Source of the DNA: Callorhinchus milii
Lineage: Eukaryota
DNA: 64,000 nucleotides
Assembly: GCF_018977255.1 (NCBI RefSeq)
Contig: NW_024704742.1
Location: 97,280,001 to 97,344,000 of the forward strand
Reading direction: 5' to 3'
The position numbers and the translations under genes are program-made. The notes under the pieces were generated by a model, which was not told the DNA's origin, did not search any database, and saw only the letters and a program-made list of their open reading frames with translations. Of the stretch, positions 12,050 through 24,468 are shown piece after piece. Position 1 is the stretch's first letter; the number at the start of each line of letters is the position of its first letter.

Positions 12050-14617
12050 TAATGTCAGTCAATCCAATTGATTCAGATCCCATTTTTGACACCTGGTAGG
12101 ATGTAGAAATTATTGCCAAAAGTTATAAAAGGCAACGCCATGTTGATAGTATGCAGTCTATGCTGCTAAAACATGGCCACTGTGTGGATTACAATGAAAA
12201 CATCAGCAGCACTGTATATTACATGTCTCTATGTTAAGTAGTTCAGCTGGTACAGACATTCTAGATGTGCAGTGAACCTTTCCATTTAGCAACTGGCACA
12301 TATGTCCACCAAATGTTGATATGTAGCATTGTTCCTGCATTTTTGTTGACCAATTTAATACTTGAGCTTTATAAATGTGATCCTATTTTATAAAAAAAGG
12401 GACTGTAAGAGAACCTTCCTTCCCTCCGACTCCCCAAATGTACATCATAGAACATTTCTTTAAAAATGTCATTTTTGTTTACTAAGGAGGATAATAATAA
12501 TCTTTGCATTTGATATAGCAGCTTTCATGTTGAGAGGATGTTTGAAAGTGCTTCACAGGAAATACTGTACAGTGTGGTGAGTGCGTATTTGCAGGTGAAA
12601 CTTCTCAATAATATATCTGCACAAATACAGGATAACATCTCAAATCCCTTTATAAAAAAGGTGAGGATCATAGACTAAGACAGAAACGTATAAGGTGACT
12701 GGAAGCATGATTGAAGAGATGGGATTTTAAGAGGGAAAGTATGGAGAAAGGGAATGAGGCAGAGGAATTTTTGGAGGTAGTTCCAGAGAGCAGGGTAAGG
12801 GTAGGGTAGGGTAGATGGAGTGGTAAACACAGCGGGCCTGACATTGTGGAAAGATACCAGGCTCACTGAATCCTGATAAGTGATTATCATTTGGTGTATT
12901 TCGAAACCTTATACTGCTATTGTACTTCACAAACCTGAAAGTATTGACTAAATCCTGCTTGACTCTTTGCAAAGCATTTTAAACATTTTGTTTTGTGTTT
13001 GACAGGATTGTAAGTTTGGTGACAATGACAGGTTCTATTAATCTGGAAGGTTAATCTTTCCTTGAAAGTATTTTTTTAATGTCTTGGTTTTAAATTTGTG
13101 GTTGTAATTTCTTGATCCAACACATTCTTTAAACTATATATTTTTTATCTCAAAAGTGACATGAAAATGCAGCCAAAATCATACTGCAATTCAATTTCCA
13201 TATTATTGATATAAAAAGGACATGCAGCACTAATGCATTGAGTGTGGTCATTCAGACACAGAATGTATGCTAATAGTATTCTAATTTGTCCCTGACCTCT
13301 GGAACTCCCTCACTCAACCCCTCAGTATCAGCCATTCTCTATCTGTCTTCATGTCTCTTAAAACCTAACTCTTTGACTGGTCTCCTCCTTCCCCCTTCCT
13401 CTCCCCACAAGCTTGGTGTCCAACTCACCATTGTGAAGCACTGTGAGAAATTATTCTATGTGAAGGGTGCCATATAAATGTTGTAACAAGCCATGACCCA
13501 AATCACCAGGTATGACACAGATAAACAGAACAAAACAACAACAACTTGCATTTATATAGCGCCTTTCATCTGGGGTAGGGTCCCGGATCGCTTTCAATAA
13601 ACAGCATATCAGATAATGCAGGACAACTTTATGTCATATCACTGTCAGAGAACTTTTTTTTTGATCGGCTGGTTGTCTGACACGTGCAGAAACCCATCAC
13701 CATGGTTAAGAGTATCCAAACCAAACTGAGAAATTCACATGTATTGGAATGGAATACAAACTCTCCCTGGAGGGAAGCATCCTGCGTTCCATGTTAAGCA
13801 CAGGTTGGTAAGGGCCAAGGCTTGGGGACTCCAGAGTATGCATTGGGATACTGCTGGAGTTAAACCAGCTAAAACAACATAGACATTGAGGGCATTGTCT
13901 GGCAAGCTTTTGTCCAGCTAGGACATGACCACTCGACATGTTAGTGCTTTGGCTTGGAGGGTTAATGGGAACTGAGTGGGAGGAATCCCTGCTCCAGTGT
14001 CTGGTGTGCCCTTCCAAGTTCTACTGATGAGCCAGGCTGGCTGGGCTGCCATTGGTAGTGAATGTAGCAGCATAAAAAATGTAAAATTATATGATTTAAA
14101 TATTAACATATTCTTATCCTGTTATTTATAATTATAAAAAAACTCCTTTCTCGTCATACAACATCTATCATATTGAAACGTGTCACAGCACTTGAACTGT
14201 TGTCAAATGTAGTGCCTTTTTATATTGTAGGCAAATATAGCAATTAATTTTCACAACACATAGCAAGATCTACAAACAACCATGAAATGGATAATTAATT
14301 TTAACTGGAGGATTGTTGGCTAGGACACCAGGGAAAAACGGTCTTCTCTTTCCAAAATGTGTTATACAATCTTTAATATTCACCAGAAAAGGCTTTTGGG
14401 TTTTAAAAAGAGGAGGTGAGAGAGATGAGACCGATGGGTTGAGGGAGAGTTTCAGTGGTTAGAGCTGAAATTGGAATCTTGTTAGCATGAATTCTGTGTC
14501 TGTGAATGAGTCAGCTCAATGCATTTTGTGCTACATGTCAGATTTGTATCAATAATGTGGAAATTAAGTCGACATGATTTTGGTTGCAATTTTCATGTCA
14601 CTATTGAGATAAAAAAA

Positions 14618-14790
14618 ATCCTTGCACTTGATGTAACGCCTTATCACAACTTTGAGATGTGTCAAAGCGCTTCACAGAATATAGTTTAAAGTGAATTGAC
14701 TATATTTTGTGGGCTAATCACGGCACCCAATTATGCACAACAGTGTCCCAAAACAGTCGTGGATTGAGTGACCAAATTATTATTATTTTT
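14618..14790 (-). mobile_element. 5'-truncated young SINE
   Basis: Reverse complement of the tail and Deu core. Confidence 0.8.
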
Positions 14791-16639
14791 TTAAAGGGAT
14801 TATTACCCCCAGTAAAGCGATTCGCGAATCAACAAACAAACAATGCATTGTAAAAACAAATTAAACTCCCAAATCTTATATGGATTAAATACTCAGAAGT
14901 TTTAGAATCTGTAATCAATATCCCAGTTTTACCTTGTGGAAGGATTATATTCTAAAATTAATTTCCCACCTTGAAAATTAATTTCAATAAAAATATTTGA
15001 CTTTTGTCTGCAAATCGCAGCCATGAGATGCAGACATCTCCTTTGTGCAAAATTGCCTTACTGGAAGCATCTATTTTGCAATTTGATGCAATTACATTTA
15101 ACATTCAGGTATGTCTGGCCAACGGCTTGCACTGTCACGCAGGCCCTAAAAAACATACAACGTTTTCAATTAGTTGAAAATGCCAAACTCTTCATGTCTT
15201 GGGGGGACAATGTGAAGTACGGTAGTATTTATTTTTTCAACACTTTCAGTTAAAGGGAAATAAATTTTATGAAGATGGATCAGTAGTTTTAGATGTTACT
15301 CAGACACCAATACAGTGCTTCGTATTTTTGGGCGTAAGACCATTTGTTATGAAATTTAAAATTGTGAGGAAATTTGCAAACAGTCTTAATTTCAATCTTA
15401 ATTTGTTTCTTTTTCAATGTGACGTATTTATATAGCGCCCTTCACGTAAGGATAACGTTTCGGAACACTTCACTGTGTCAGGGTCAGACACCAAGCAGGG
15501 GAGACAAAACAAGGTGACAATAGGCACCGTCAAAGAAGTAAGTTCAATGGTGGGATTTAAACTAAAATCAATATTTAACTTAAGGCTAAATTTAGTCTAT
15601 TTCCCCAAATTCTGCAGGATCTTAAATTTTAAGATGATGGCCTTAAACCTAAGAACATATGAAATTTTAGGGTGCCTAATGATATATCAGAGAATAATTT
15701 AGATGTACATCCTGTATGATTTATAATCAAACTATCTCAAGTATTTCTTCATTGTTTACAAGTTATTCTGGTCTTTCCATACCAGTCTATTTATTTGTGT
15801 ACTATAATGTGACCTGTTTCTATGCTTATCTTTTACTGGCAAAGTATTGTAGGTATCAAGGACAACATAATAAACTTTGTTGTATTCAGATATTTTAATT
15901 GATTTCTTTTGATCAGAACAAGTAAAATACGTATAATTGGCAACACTGAGGCAGACATGATTTGCAGCTGTGATTTGTGATTTGCCAGCCAAATAAATTG
16001 GCAACGTTTGTGTTTGTTTGAGTGGTGCTAATCTTCCTTGTGTTTTATCTCATTCTAAAAACCTATAATTAAGACCCTGGCCAATAATTCCAGGTGCCTG
16101 ACCCCTCTCCCTACAGCACTATGAGTTTTGCTCGCTCACAATAAGAGAAAGTCTAAATGTTTTCTGCTAAACCATGCCCTGGAGGACAGAACAGCCCTTC
16201 AGTGTGACTGAAGTAACCATTTAGTTTCCTCATAAATTTTGTACTTTAAGTGCATTGAGAATAGCAACTGTGACGGCTGCTATAAAAGTAGATAACTACT
16301 TTTTGTTTTAATAGGTATTCATTAAAGTGAAATCCTATACAGGCATTTCAAAAAAGTCACAAAACTGGTTCAGAATAAGACATCTCATTCTCATCTTTAC
16401 AGAATATCCTCCCTACCATTTTCCCATTTACAGCATCGGGTTAGTTCTTAAATGAATTGAGTGTCATGACCTTCCTGATAACCCAGGTGAGTTAATATTA
16501 ACTGGAACAGGTGCCTGTCCTGAAAATTCCCTTTGCAGCCCTGAACCTGCATCCTCTTATTCTGCTATCTTCTGTTTTCTTAATTTCATTTAAAATCTCA
16601 TCTACCTCTAAAAAGATCAACAACAATTTACATTTACAT

Positions 16640-16870
16640 AGCACTCTTTGTGCCAGGAGCATGTCTGAAAGTAGTTCACATAGCTGACTGGAAGCTTGAG
16701 CTGTGGGGAGGGGCAAGAAAAGTGACCAAAAGCACTGTCAAAAAAGTAGGTCTTAGGTCCCCTTTCAGATGTCTCTTTTCAAGACAGAAGAGCTTGTTCA
16801 TAGCTCTTTCCTCTAACACTACTTTTCTCTGCACTGCCTCTATGGCCTTTATGTCACACATTATGTCTGA
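16640..16870 (-). mobile_element. CR1 LINE fragment
   Basis: DIKAIEAVQRK...LFCLEKRHLKGDL. Confidence 0.65.
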
Positions 16871-19800
16871 GTACATTTTTCTTTCCTCTGAAACTGGTTG
16901 CTGGGAGGGAGGTGTATGAAAGCATTTTGGAGGATGACTTTCAGATTTCTCATATTTTTTCTGTGGGGAAGCACCAGGTCTCTATTTAGCGACAATAAAC
17001 ACACAAACACAGAAGGCAACTTGGTCACTTGCCTGAGATCAGTCACAGCAGAATGTGGAATACAGTGATGAACTCTCATCTAGTTATGCTGTGCATGATA
17101 ATGTTATAGTTGCAATATGCTGCACCACAGATTCACCCCAGCATCCCTCTGTCGTTCATTTGTAAAACAAATCACGGATAATTAAATGGCTAAATCTAAT
17201 ATAAGTTTTAAAATGTACACCAATAAAGTAGTCTTGTCCACTGGCTCCTGCATTTCACTGACAAAATACACAGTCAAACTATTTTACAGTGTGATGCGCT
17301 TTGAGACATATTGATGACGTGATAAGGCGCTATATCAAATGCATTATTATTTGGCATTCTGCAAAGTGTCTTTCTCACAATCTCAGTACTGTGATGAAAA
17401 TAGCCAGTTTCACCCCCATAATGTAGAAAAGTGGTATTTTTTGTTCTTATTAAGATTATGAATGGATCAGCCCGCAAGAGTTGTCAGTGCTTAGGATGAA
17501 AATAAATTTAGAGATAACTAAATTCACAACTCACAACAACTTGCATTTAGAACTTTCTCCTAGATAGGGTTATGTGTCCCTTGTTTCCAGAAATAAAGTT
17601 GCAGAACTTACCATCACTTTTTTATCCAGAATTTCTAGAACATATACCAACCTAAATAATATCTGTGGTATATCAGTTGATACCAGAGTGCAATTTTTCC
17701 CAATCTGTTCATGCTCCTACTACCCAAATCTAACCTCATTGTGGGTTTGAAAGCCATTGGGGGTTAACCAGTGCCAGCTATTTCTTTCTGGAAAAAAAAT
17801 CATAATGGGGCCAAAAATGCAGCTTGGGCTAATAGCCAATGGGCAAACCATGTTGAATTGTACACACCACCCCCACCCCACTAAATGAGAGCATTATTGG
17901 TGATTCTACATTCCTTTTTCATTCTATAATATAGGCCCTTGCACACATTTGAACATGGTTAGCTGTGGGCTATTATCTGAACCTAGGCTCATTGTGAGAG
18001 TTTGATCTATATATAATTATGTTACATTTAGCCCAAGCGCTCTGGGACGCTACCCTGCATGAGCGGCGCTATATCAATGAAACTTGATTTTTGCTGTTGT
18101 TATTAGTGTCGTCAATTTAAAGGAGCTAAACATCAACGATGACTGTTACAAGGAGTTTGAAGGTATTGAAAATCCTTTCTCTGTGAAACCTGGCAATTAC
18201 AACATGGCATTTAATTATATGCTGTTTGTGGATCATCATTGACAAAATAAAAGATCATATTTATCTTCTTGGAATTCACAGCAATATTATTTATCACAAA
18301 TATAATTTGAACTGTAATTCATCAAGTAAATAGTAGCATCAGCAGTTCGCGAAACCTGTTTTGCAATCATTATCTGAGACATCACCTGGAATTTCTGACT
18401 CATTGGCAGCTACATATTTAAATTTTGCAGCGCTATATACAATACATTGCTGTATCAACACTCTTACGTTTTGTACAATTTGTTTTCCCTCAAATACATA
18501 GTTATAATACAATTGAAGCCTTCTTCAATATTACACCAGAACAATTATTTAATAATTGTTTCACACATCATTACCATCCTATGCACAGATGAGGATAACG
18601 TTCCTCTCATTTTGTTAATAACTACAGCAGCAATGTTTAGACTGCATCAATGTGAAGTGGCACCTCACCAATGAAACACACAATACAGTGCATTCTTCAG
18701 CATGTCTTTACATTCTCACTTGAGTTCACATTTCACAATCCTCAATAATAGTCCGAGCAGGTAAGGGGATTTTGTTTAGTTGCTAATTAATCTTTTTTTG
18801 GAATAAACAGTTTTATGCCAAGTTGAAGTTGACAGAATAAGTTGAAACAAGTTAAGCAATTAAGGCGGCAGTTCAACGATACATTTGTCAGGAAGTCTGA
18901 GTCAATTGCTTAGAACTTAATTAAATATCCAGCATTGCAACTAGTTTCAAGGCACTTAACTGTCAAAAATAATTCACATCTCTATAATCACCTGAAAATG
19001 AAGATTCAGAGCTCATTATAGGGTGGGATTTCCCTTTTTCCCTTTTTCATACCTCTTACTTCTATTATCATGGAAGTTTATTGGAGCATATATGCACCAC
19101 CACAGGTGCTGATTCCACAACGTGCTTGTCATAACTGTGAACTGTCCACCTAAAGTTATACTGCACACTGCATTATTCACTTCCTATACACAGTGCAAAT
19201 AAAACTGAGTTCTGCACATGAATCTCTTAGCATGTGCTCAGTGTTACATTTGACAGCAATTATCTGTGAAGCATTATGACTTTTTCTATATAGACCTTAT
19301 ATCAAATGCAAGGGATACACTGTATTCCTTTGGGGGGAAAATATTAATTTGAAAGCTGTTTTTCTGCAGTGCTTTTTACTGCTCGTACATGCTTGCCTCC
19401 AGATAACCGAAAATCTGTGAGCAAAACCATTGAGGTCAATGAGGAGGTTTGTAGGATGAGCAGGTAAGGGAATCTTTTTGTTGCTAATTATTATTTTTTG
19501 GGAGTAAACAGCTTTATATCAAGTTGCAGTTGACAGAATAAGTTGAAACAATTTACATGCTGATCTTGATGTGCCTTCAATTTCCATAGACTGTGAATAA
19601 TGAAGAACGAGGAAAAATTAACTCCTTTCAGGAAATGGAAACTATAAGGATATATATTTTGTAAAAATTAATAGGAAATTTGTTTTCATAATAACATTTA
19701 AGTACCTCCTTAAATAATGACAAATAATAACATTATTGATTATTTCAATTAGCCTATAGTGTACTATTATATTTGCAATAATATTTCATATTTAATGACC

Positions 19801-19879
19801 TTTTAAATGCAGAAGAAACTTTGCTAAATACTTAATATGATATTTATGCATGTATATTCTTTATACATTATTCTTTACA

Positions 19880-20199
19880 GGAGTCCTATAGCTTAGTGGT
19901 TAGAGCACTCACCTTGCAAGCGAGAGACCTGGGTTTGATTCCTGGCAGGGCGAAACCTTAGGCAAGTTTCCTTACTCCACACGCCTAATAATAATCCCTC
20001 AAGNAAAAAAGCAATAAAATTGGTCACTTCAATAAAATTGGTCACTGTTTGTGGGACATGGCTGTGCGCAATTGGCTGCCGCATTTCGCCCAGAAATATG
20101 CAGTCAACTCACTTTACAGTATACTCTGTGAAGCGCTTTGAGACGTCTAGAAGATATGAAAAATGCTATATCAAATGCAAGGATTATTATTGTTATTAT
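19880..20199 (+). mobile_element. Full-length young SINE, same family as 47532
   Basis: Same head, core and (ATT)n tail; internal tandem duplication of CAATAAAATTGGTCACT at ~20012-20046. Confidence 0.9.
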
Positions 20200-21584
20200 A
20201 TAGTTGTCAACAACAACAACTTGGATTTATATAGCGCTTTCACTAATTACACTTGCCAAAACTGTGCCTTTAAAGTTCATTATTGTAATCCAAAGTTTAA
20301 TAAAGATGAATTGACCCCATGAACTGTGTGTAAGTTGTACTGTTGATGGCTACTGTGCAGGAGATTGACAAGCTTGTAAGTTCTTGTGACCCAATACACA
20401 GGGTAAAGGAAACATAGCCAGCTAGCATGGCGCTGAAGACAACAGAATATGCCCAGATTGCACTAATTTATCACAGTATTTGTCTCACACTTGTTGGAAG
20501 TTTTTAGTAAAGAGGTATGCCTTCCCAGGAATATCTAATGCTACTGAATTGGCGCAAATAAAAATCCCAAATTGATATATGTCACACTGGGCCAAAAGGA
20601 AATCAATAATAGTGAAGGATGAATAGTATTTCACACATATTTGCCATATAAGTACTAATGACTATTTTAGAAATAAATTGAGTACCTACAATGGCTGTCT
20701 GTGAAACATGATTTAGTTTCAAATAGTATTGATAGAAAATTATATTTCCTTGCACTCATAGAAATTTATATGTATCTGTTACATAATTTCTGATTTTATA
20801 TCTCAAACAGATTTCACATTAACATGCAAAATTGACCAGCAGATAGATTTGCCAGCAACCTGATTGATTTATTATACCTTTAACAAAGCACTGAGACCAA
20901 TCACAGCTCTTTTGAGGCTTCAAATTCTCATGGTCTGAGCCTCAAGACTATTGTGCTAAAAGTTGCAAAATTCTTAAACCACTCTTCATTTGGAAGCCAG
21001 ATTTTCAGTAATTGTTAAAAAGAACTTTAGCTACTTATTAAATGGCCCTGATGAGCCATCAAAACAAATCAACATGAAATTGGCACTATAAGTGTTGTAT
21101 AAAAAGTGCATTAAATTTATTGTGAAACTCATCTCATTGTTCCTTTTTCAATTCAGAAGCAGTTTAATTCACATTACAATTAACTCCAAAGCAGCAGGGA
21201 ATTTTAAATTATTTTTTTTGGAAGACTTAGTGTTTGAGTAAGAAGCACCATGAATCCAATTGCTTTAAATGTGACATTGGTTCATTTGGACAGTGGGTGG
21301 GTCTGTGTCTAATTAATGACTCAGATTGAAAGTAATGGAAGTCAATAATAGTGAAGGATGAACAGTTTTTCACACATATTTGCCATATAAGTGCTAATAA
21401 ATGGAAATAAATTGAGTCTCTGCAGTGGCTGACTGTGAAGCATGATTTGGTTTCCATATGAGTCTGACCAAATAACTTATGGGTGATCAAATAGCAAATA
21501 AATTATGATTAGGATAATGAATAACAATTTTTTTAAAATTGAGACAACTCCAAGATTTGATAATTTATAATATTAATAATCAAT

Positions 21585-22024
21585 CTCTTGAGCTTTCCCT
21601 TAGAAGATCGAATTCAAAATCCTCATCCTCACTTTCAAGGCTACCCATGGCCTTGCCCCCTCCTACCTCTCTGACCTGCTGACTCCCGACCAACCTGCCC
21701 GATCCCTCCGTTCGGCAGGCTCCGGCCTGCTCCATGTCTCCCGCCCGACTTGGCCTATCATCAGTGGCCGGGCTTTCAGCCTCTCTGCCTTCACCCTCTG
21801 GAACTCCATCCCACAGTCCTTTTGCTTCGCTTCCTCCCTTGCCTCCTTCAAGGCCGGACTCAAGATCCCCCTCTTCGTTCATGCCTTCAGTCCCACCTTT
21901 CTACCTTCCCTCACCCCTACCCCACCCCTCCCCCATGCTCGGGTCCTGACCCCTGACTGTCCAGCGTCTTGGGACGTCCTCCCGACGTGAAAGGCGCTCT
22001 ATAAATGTAACTTTGTTGTTGTTT
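21585..22024 (+). mobile_element. L2 LINE 3' fragment
   Basis: RIEFKILILTFKATHGLAPSYL-like C-terminus; tail GGGACGTCCTCCCGACGTGAAAGGCGCTCTATAAATGTAACTT(TGT)n. Confidence 0.9.
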
Positions 22025-22287
22025 CAAAATTCAAGCTAGGAAGAAACTAAGTTAATTGAAGAGTGATAACTATCATCTGTGAAACAGCCAGATCTGAAAC
22101 CAATGCAAGATGTATCTCAGTTTCATAGACAGGATGTTGGAGTCAACACCATTGTGAAAAGAGCTTGCAGATGGCTTACTGTGTCAATCCTGGAGACCAA
22201 TCACTATCAATGGAAGGTTATAAGCAATTAATTAATAGATGAATATTTTTAAAAAGTTTATTTGTGTATCTATCTTGAATAGTACTA

Positions 22288-22595
22288 TAATGATCCTTAC
22301 CTTTTATATTGTGCTTTTCACATCAGGAGGATGTCTCATAGTGTTTCACAGGATATACAGTACTGTAAAGTGTAGTGACTGTGTCATTTAGTGGGTGAAC
22401 TCTGCAGCCAATTTTCACACAGCAATGTCCCAACAGTCATAAAATTAATGATCAATTTTATTTCTGGAATTGTTGGCCATGATGCTGGGAGAAACTCTTC
22501 TCTTCTTGAATTGTGCCATGGGAATCTTTAATGTCGACCTGAACAGGCAGATGGGACATTGGTTTAACATCTCATTCGAAGATCAACATCCCCAA
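22288..22595 (-). mobile_element. Older DeuSINE fragment
   Basis: GTGCCATGGGAATCTTTAATGTCGACCTGAACAGGCAGATGGG, shared with other old copies. Confidence 0.7.
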
Positions 22596-22607
22596 CAACA
22601 ATAATTA

Positions 22608-22850
22608 AAATAATCCTTCCATTTGATAAAGCACCTAATCACGTCTTCGAGACATCTCAAAGCGCTTCACAGAATACACTGTGAAGTGTAGTGACTGTGT
22701 ATTTTGTGGACAAAACGCGGCAACAACAACAACAAAATTACATTTATAGAGCACCTTTTACGTCGGGAAGATGTCCCAATTGGCAGCATCAATTGCGTAC
22801 AGCAACATCCCACAAACAGTCGTGGATCGGTAACCAAATTATTATTTTTT
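22608..22850 (-). mobile_element. 5'-truncated young SINE interrupted by an L2 3' tail (22721-22779)
   Basis: The SINE tail/core is colinear on both sides of a (CAA)n-TTACATTTATAG...CGTCGGGAAGATGTCCCA insert. Confidence 0.75.
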
Positions 22851-24410
22851 TACAGCATTACAACCTGAGTCATCATGCTGTCAGTATCCTGGCCACATTT
22901 ATTTATGTAATACATATGCCTAACTCACCACTCTGGATAACTCATCATAGAGCTCTCTTCCCATGGAGTGACACGTTATCAGGAGTTTGGACCATACTTG
23001 CGGAAATGCTAGTCGGAAAAAAATTGGGAAGGTAAGGGACAATTTCTTGCAGACAGGCAACAACAGGGAGTAAACATTGTTATGAGCTGTCCTACTATCA
23101 ATAAATTATCCTTCAAAATGTTATTATTGAAAATAATCACTGTAGAGAACAGCTCTAAATAATTATCTTGTCACTAAAGGCAATGAGTTACAGGGAATAT
23201 TATATCACAGATTTTTGACATACTTGACATTTATTACATTTGAAGATTGTCTTTAACAGTTTTAAATGCCTTATTAGATAAATATGAGTCAAATAAATCA
23301 GATGAGGCTTCTGAGAGATATAGTGTATGATTTTTTAAATATTATTTTACTTTGAGATTAGCCAAACCTATTTCAAACCAAACCTATATTTGTATATTAT
23401 ATTTATCTATGCACATATCTAAGTTTCTATGTATCAGCGTGACCTGCGCGTGAGAGGAAAAAAATCATTTTTAGATTCAAATCATACAATCAGCCAAAAT
23501 CATGTTCAATTGGTACAAGTTTTGGTGAACAATTATATTTGCCTCTGCAGTGGGATGGACAGATCGCACAGTCAATTTGCTGTTACACGATTTGAGCGTT
23601 TAGTTAAAGAAAATCTCAGTCGCAACAGTGGTTATTAATCCATAAAACCAGAAGACGATGAAAGCATTAACTGATCTGCAGAAACATATTTCTGCCTGAA
23701 TTCAACAAAAATCCACTTTACAATTTAAATTGTTGGCATCACATCGTGTGTAGAGCTGACTGATTTTGCAACAAAAGTTAATTTTTAACTCTGTGGTTTG
23801 CTCACTGCGGTATTAGAATGAAAATATTCTTGTACTGCAGTTAAATTTCTCAACCGCAGCAAGTAATGTTTCTTACCAACAAAATCCTCTTACAAACCAC
23901 AGTACTGTTTGTGCTACTTGTAAAGACTATACTGTATTGCCAGAGTTCACTCTAATTTCAGGTTAATTGGAAATGTTACGACACTGTCGTTTCTGGTTGA
24001 AGATCCCATTAATGTATTCATTTAATTGGGAGCAGTCACCAACACAGAGCTACAGTCAGGTAAACATTGAATGTGTCTGAGTCTGAGTTTGTAATGTGTT
24101 ATGAACAAGGCGGGGGGTGGAGGGAGAGAGAGATAAAATAAACGCCTCATGAAAAAACAATACGTGTTTTATTTGGTCCATCGATAGCTCAGATGTTAAG
24201 GAAAGTCTGCACAAGTCTAATATATTTTTTCTACTTTTATTTTTACCATAACAGCAATTGCATTCAAAACTGTATTGTAACGCGAAGAACTCCCGTGTTT
24301 GACACGGTTCAACTCAAAACCCCTGGGAAATATAATTAACAGGAAGCATATCAAGGTGTACAGCACTGATGGAAGAATTTACAATGTACTTCTATGTGAC
24401 CTTCAGGCCA

Positions 24411-24468
24411 ATTAAGTGATGTAGTTGATTATTAAATGATGTAGTTGATCAATTAAATTATGTAGTTG
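24411..24468. repeat. Short tandem repeat, ~20 bp x3
   Basis: ATTAAGTGATGTAGTTGATT / ATTAAATGATGTAGTTGATC / AATTAAATTATGTAGTTG. Confidence 0.85.

Noticed and set aside
14819..14830. Perfect palindrome GATTCGCGAATC
   Set aside because: A 12-bp palindrome is expected by chance in 64 kb.
24411..24468. Short repeats as a possible CRISPR-like array
   Set aside because: Head-to-tail tandem units without spacers, in a eukaryotic context.
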